A stretch of DNA of 10,809 bases from Chrysomallon squamiferum. Taxonomy: Eukaryota; Animalia; Mollusca. The position numbers were made by a program, and so were the translations under genes. This document shows, piece by piece, positions 9,901 through 10,809 of the stretch (position 1 is its first letter; every line of letters starts with the position of its first letter). The stretch lies in assembly GCA_012295275.1 (NCBI GenBank), contig SMMR01000022.1:1-10809 (forward strand), written 5' to 3'. Below the pieces are notes generated by a model, which was not told the origin of the DNA, did no database searches, and saw nothing but the letters and a program-made list of their open reading frames with translations.

Positions 9901-10809
9901 CTTGCATTCTCATTTACTTAGAAACTTGCATCCTTGCTTACTTAGGTCATTATTTACGTACTTAATTACGTTCTTACTTAGATAATTGTTAATGTACAAA
10001 TTTGCATTTTCACTTATTTTTGCTCGCTTCCTTGCCAACTTAGATCATTATTTACGTACTTACTTACTTTCTTTCCTAGATAGATAATTGTTAATGTACT
10101 TACTTAGGTTACCATTTACTAACTTACTCGCTTACTTGCTAACCTAGGACATTAGTTAAGTACTTACTTACATTTTTACTCACATAATTGTAACTATACT
10201 GACATGCATTCTCACTTACTTAGTTACTTGCTTCCTTGCTTACTTAGGTCATTATTTACGTAATTACTTAATTTATTTCTTACTTAGATAATTGTTAACG
10301 TTCTTACTTGCATTCTCAATTACTTAGAAACTTGCATCCTTGCTTACTTAGGTCATTATTTACGTACTTAATTACGTTCTTACTTAGATAATTGTTAATG
10401 TACAAATTTGCATTTTCACTTATTTGCTCGCTTCCTTGCCAACTTAGATCATTATTTACGTACTTACTTACTTTCTTTCCTAGATAGATAATTGTTAATG
10501 TACTTACTTAGGTTACCATTTACTAACTTACTCGCTTACTTGCTAACCTAGGACATTAGTTAAGTACTTACTTACATTCTTACTCACATAATTGTAACTA
10601 TACTGACATGCATTCTCACTTACTTAGTTACTTGCTTCCTTGCTTACTTAGGTCATTATTTACGTAATTACTTAATTTATTTCTTACTTAGATAATTGTT
10701 AACGTGCTTACTTGCATTCTCACTTACTTAGAAACTTGCATCCTTGCTTACTTAGGTCATTATTTACGTACTTAATTACGTTCTTACTTAGATAATTGTT
10801 ATTGTACAA

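Larger units (their letters stand above)
1..10809. repeat. Tandem satellite array, 404-bp higher-order unit, ~25.5 head-to-tail copies, running off both window edges
   Basis: The landmark CTGACATG|CATTCTCAC recurs once per unit. Unit starts: 1, 413, 855, 1269, ~1732, ~2176, 2594, 3043, 3475, 3905, 4377, 4812, 5245, 5681, 6085, 6508, 6912, 7316, 7732, 8136, 8556, 8989, 9397, 9801, 10207, 10611 (partial). Six copies are exactly 404 bp (starts 5681, 6508, 6912, 7732, 9397, 10207). All copies have the same orientation and there is no unique sequence. Confidence 0.98.

Noticed and set aside
1-10809. Protein-coding ORF or repeat protein
   Set aside because: The periodicity is 4 bp, not 3, and 404 is not divisible by 3. 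TAA and TAG are frequent on both strands, and the minus-strand TAAG backbone places stops in every frame.
5681-10809. Long + strand reading frames under a ciliate-type code (TAA/TAG = Gln), since TGA occurs only once per clean monomer
   Set aside because: This is a by-product of low G content. The frame shifts with every monomer and there is no codon-like structure.
1-10809. CRISPR array (conserved ATAATTGT-containing blocks at regular spacing)
   Set aside because: The intervening sequences are homologous and repeat every 404 bp rather than being unique spacers. There is no leader and no cas gene.
1-10809. Rolling-circle or MDA concatemer of a single 404-bp circle
   Set aside because: Recurrent linked multi-site haplotypes among copies are not expected from one template. 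It is not fully excluded without raw reads.
1-10809. Baculovirus late promoters (DTAAG on the minus strand), viral homologous-region repeats, or plasmid iterons
   Set aside because: TAAG is simply the repeat backbone. There are no ~30-bp hr-type palindromes and no viral or rep genes, and the array exceeds 10 kb.
1-10809. Assignment to a named satellite family, organism or organellar control region
   Set aside because: I do not recognise the consensus and there is no flanking unique sequence. A BLAST or Dfam search would be needed.

Overview
The whole 10,809-bp window is one head-to-tail tandem satellite array with no genes, RNA genes, transposons or CRISPR. The unit is 404 bp (about 30% GC; + strand about 44% T and 10% G by hand count of copy 6508-6911). 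There are 25 complete copies and a final half copy. The unit has three nested levels: a degenerate CTTA tetranucleotide that never leaves register (404 bp = 101 tetramers), four related subunits of 104, 100, 100 and 100 bp, and the 404-bp higher-order repeat. Clean copies share recurrent, linked single-base variants, which points to a real multi-copy array with subfamilies. The first ~5.5 kb is much noisier and biased towards insertions, probably from long-read or consensus error. The source is probably eukaryotic heterochromatin, but I cannot identify the organism or the satellite family, and I found no evidence of a new protein-coding system.
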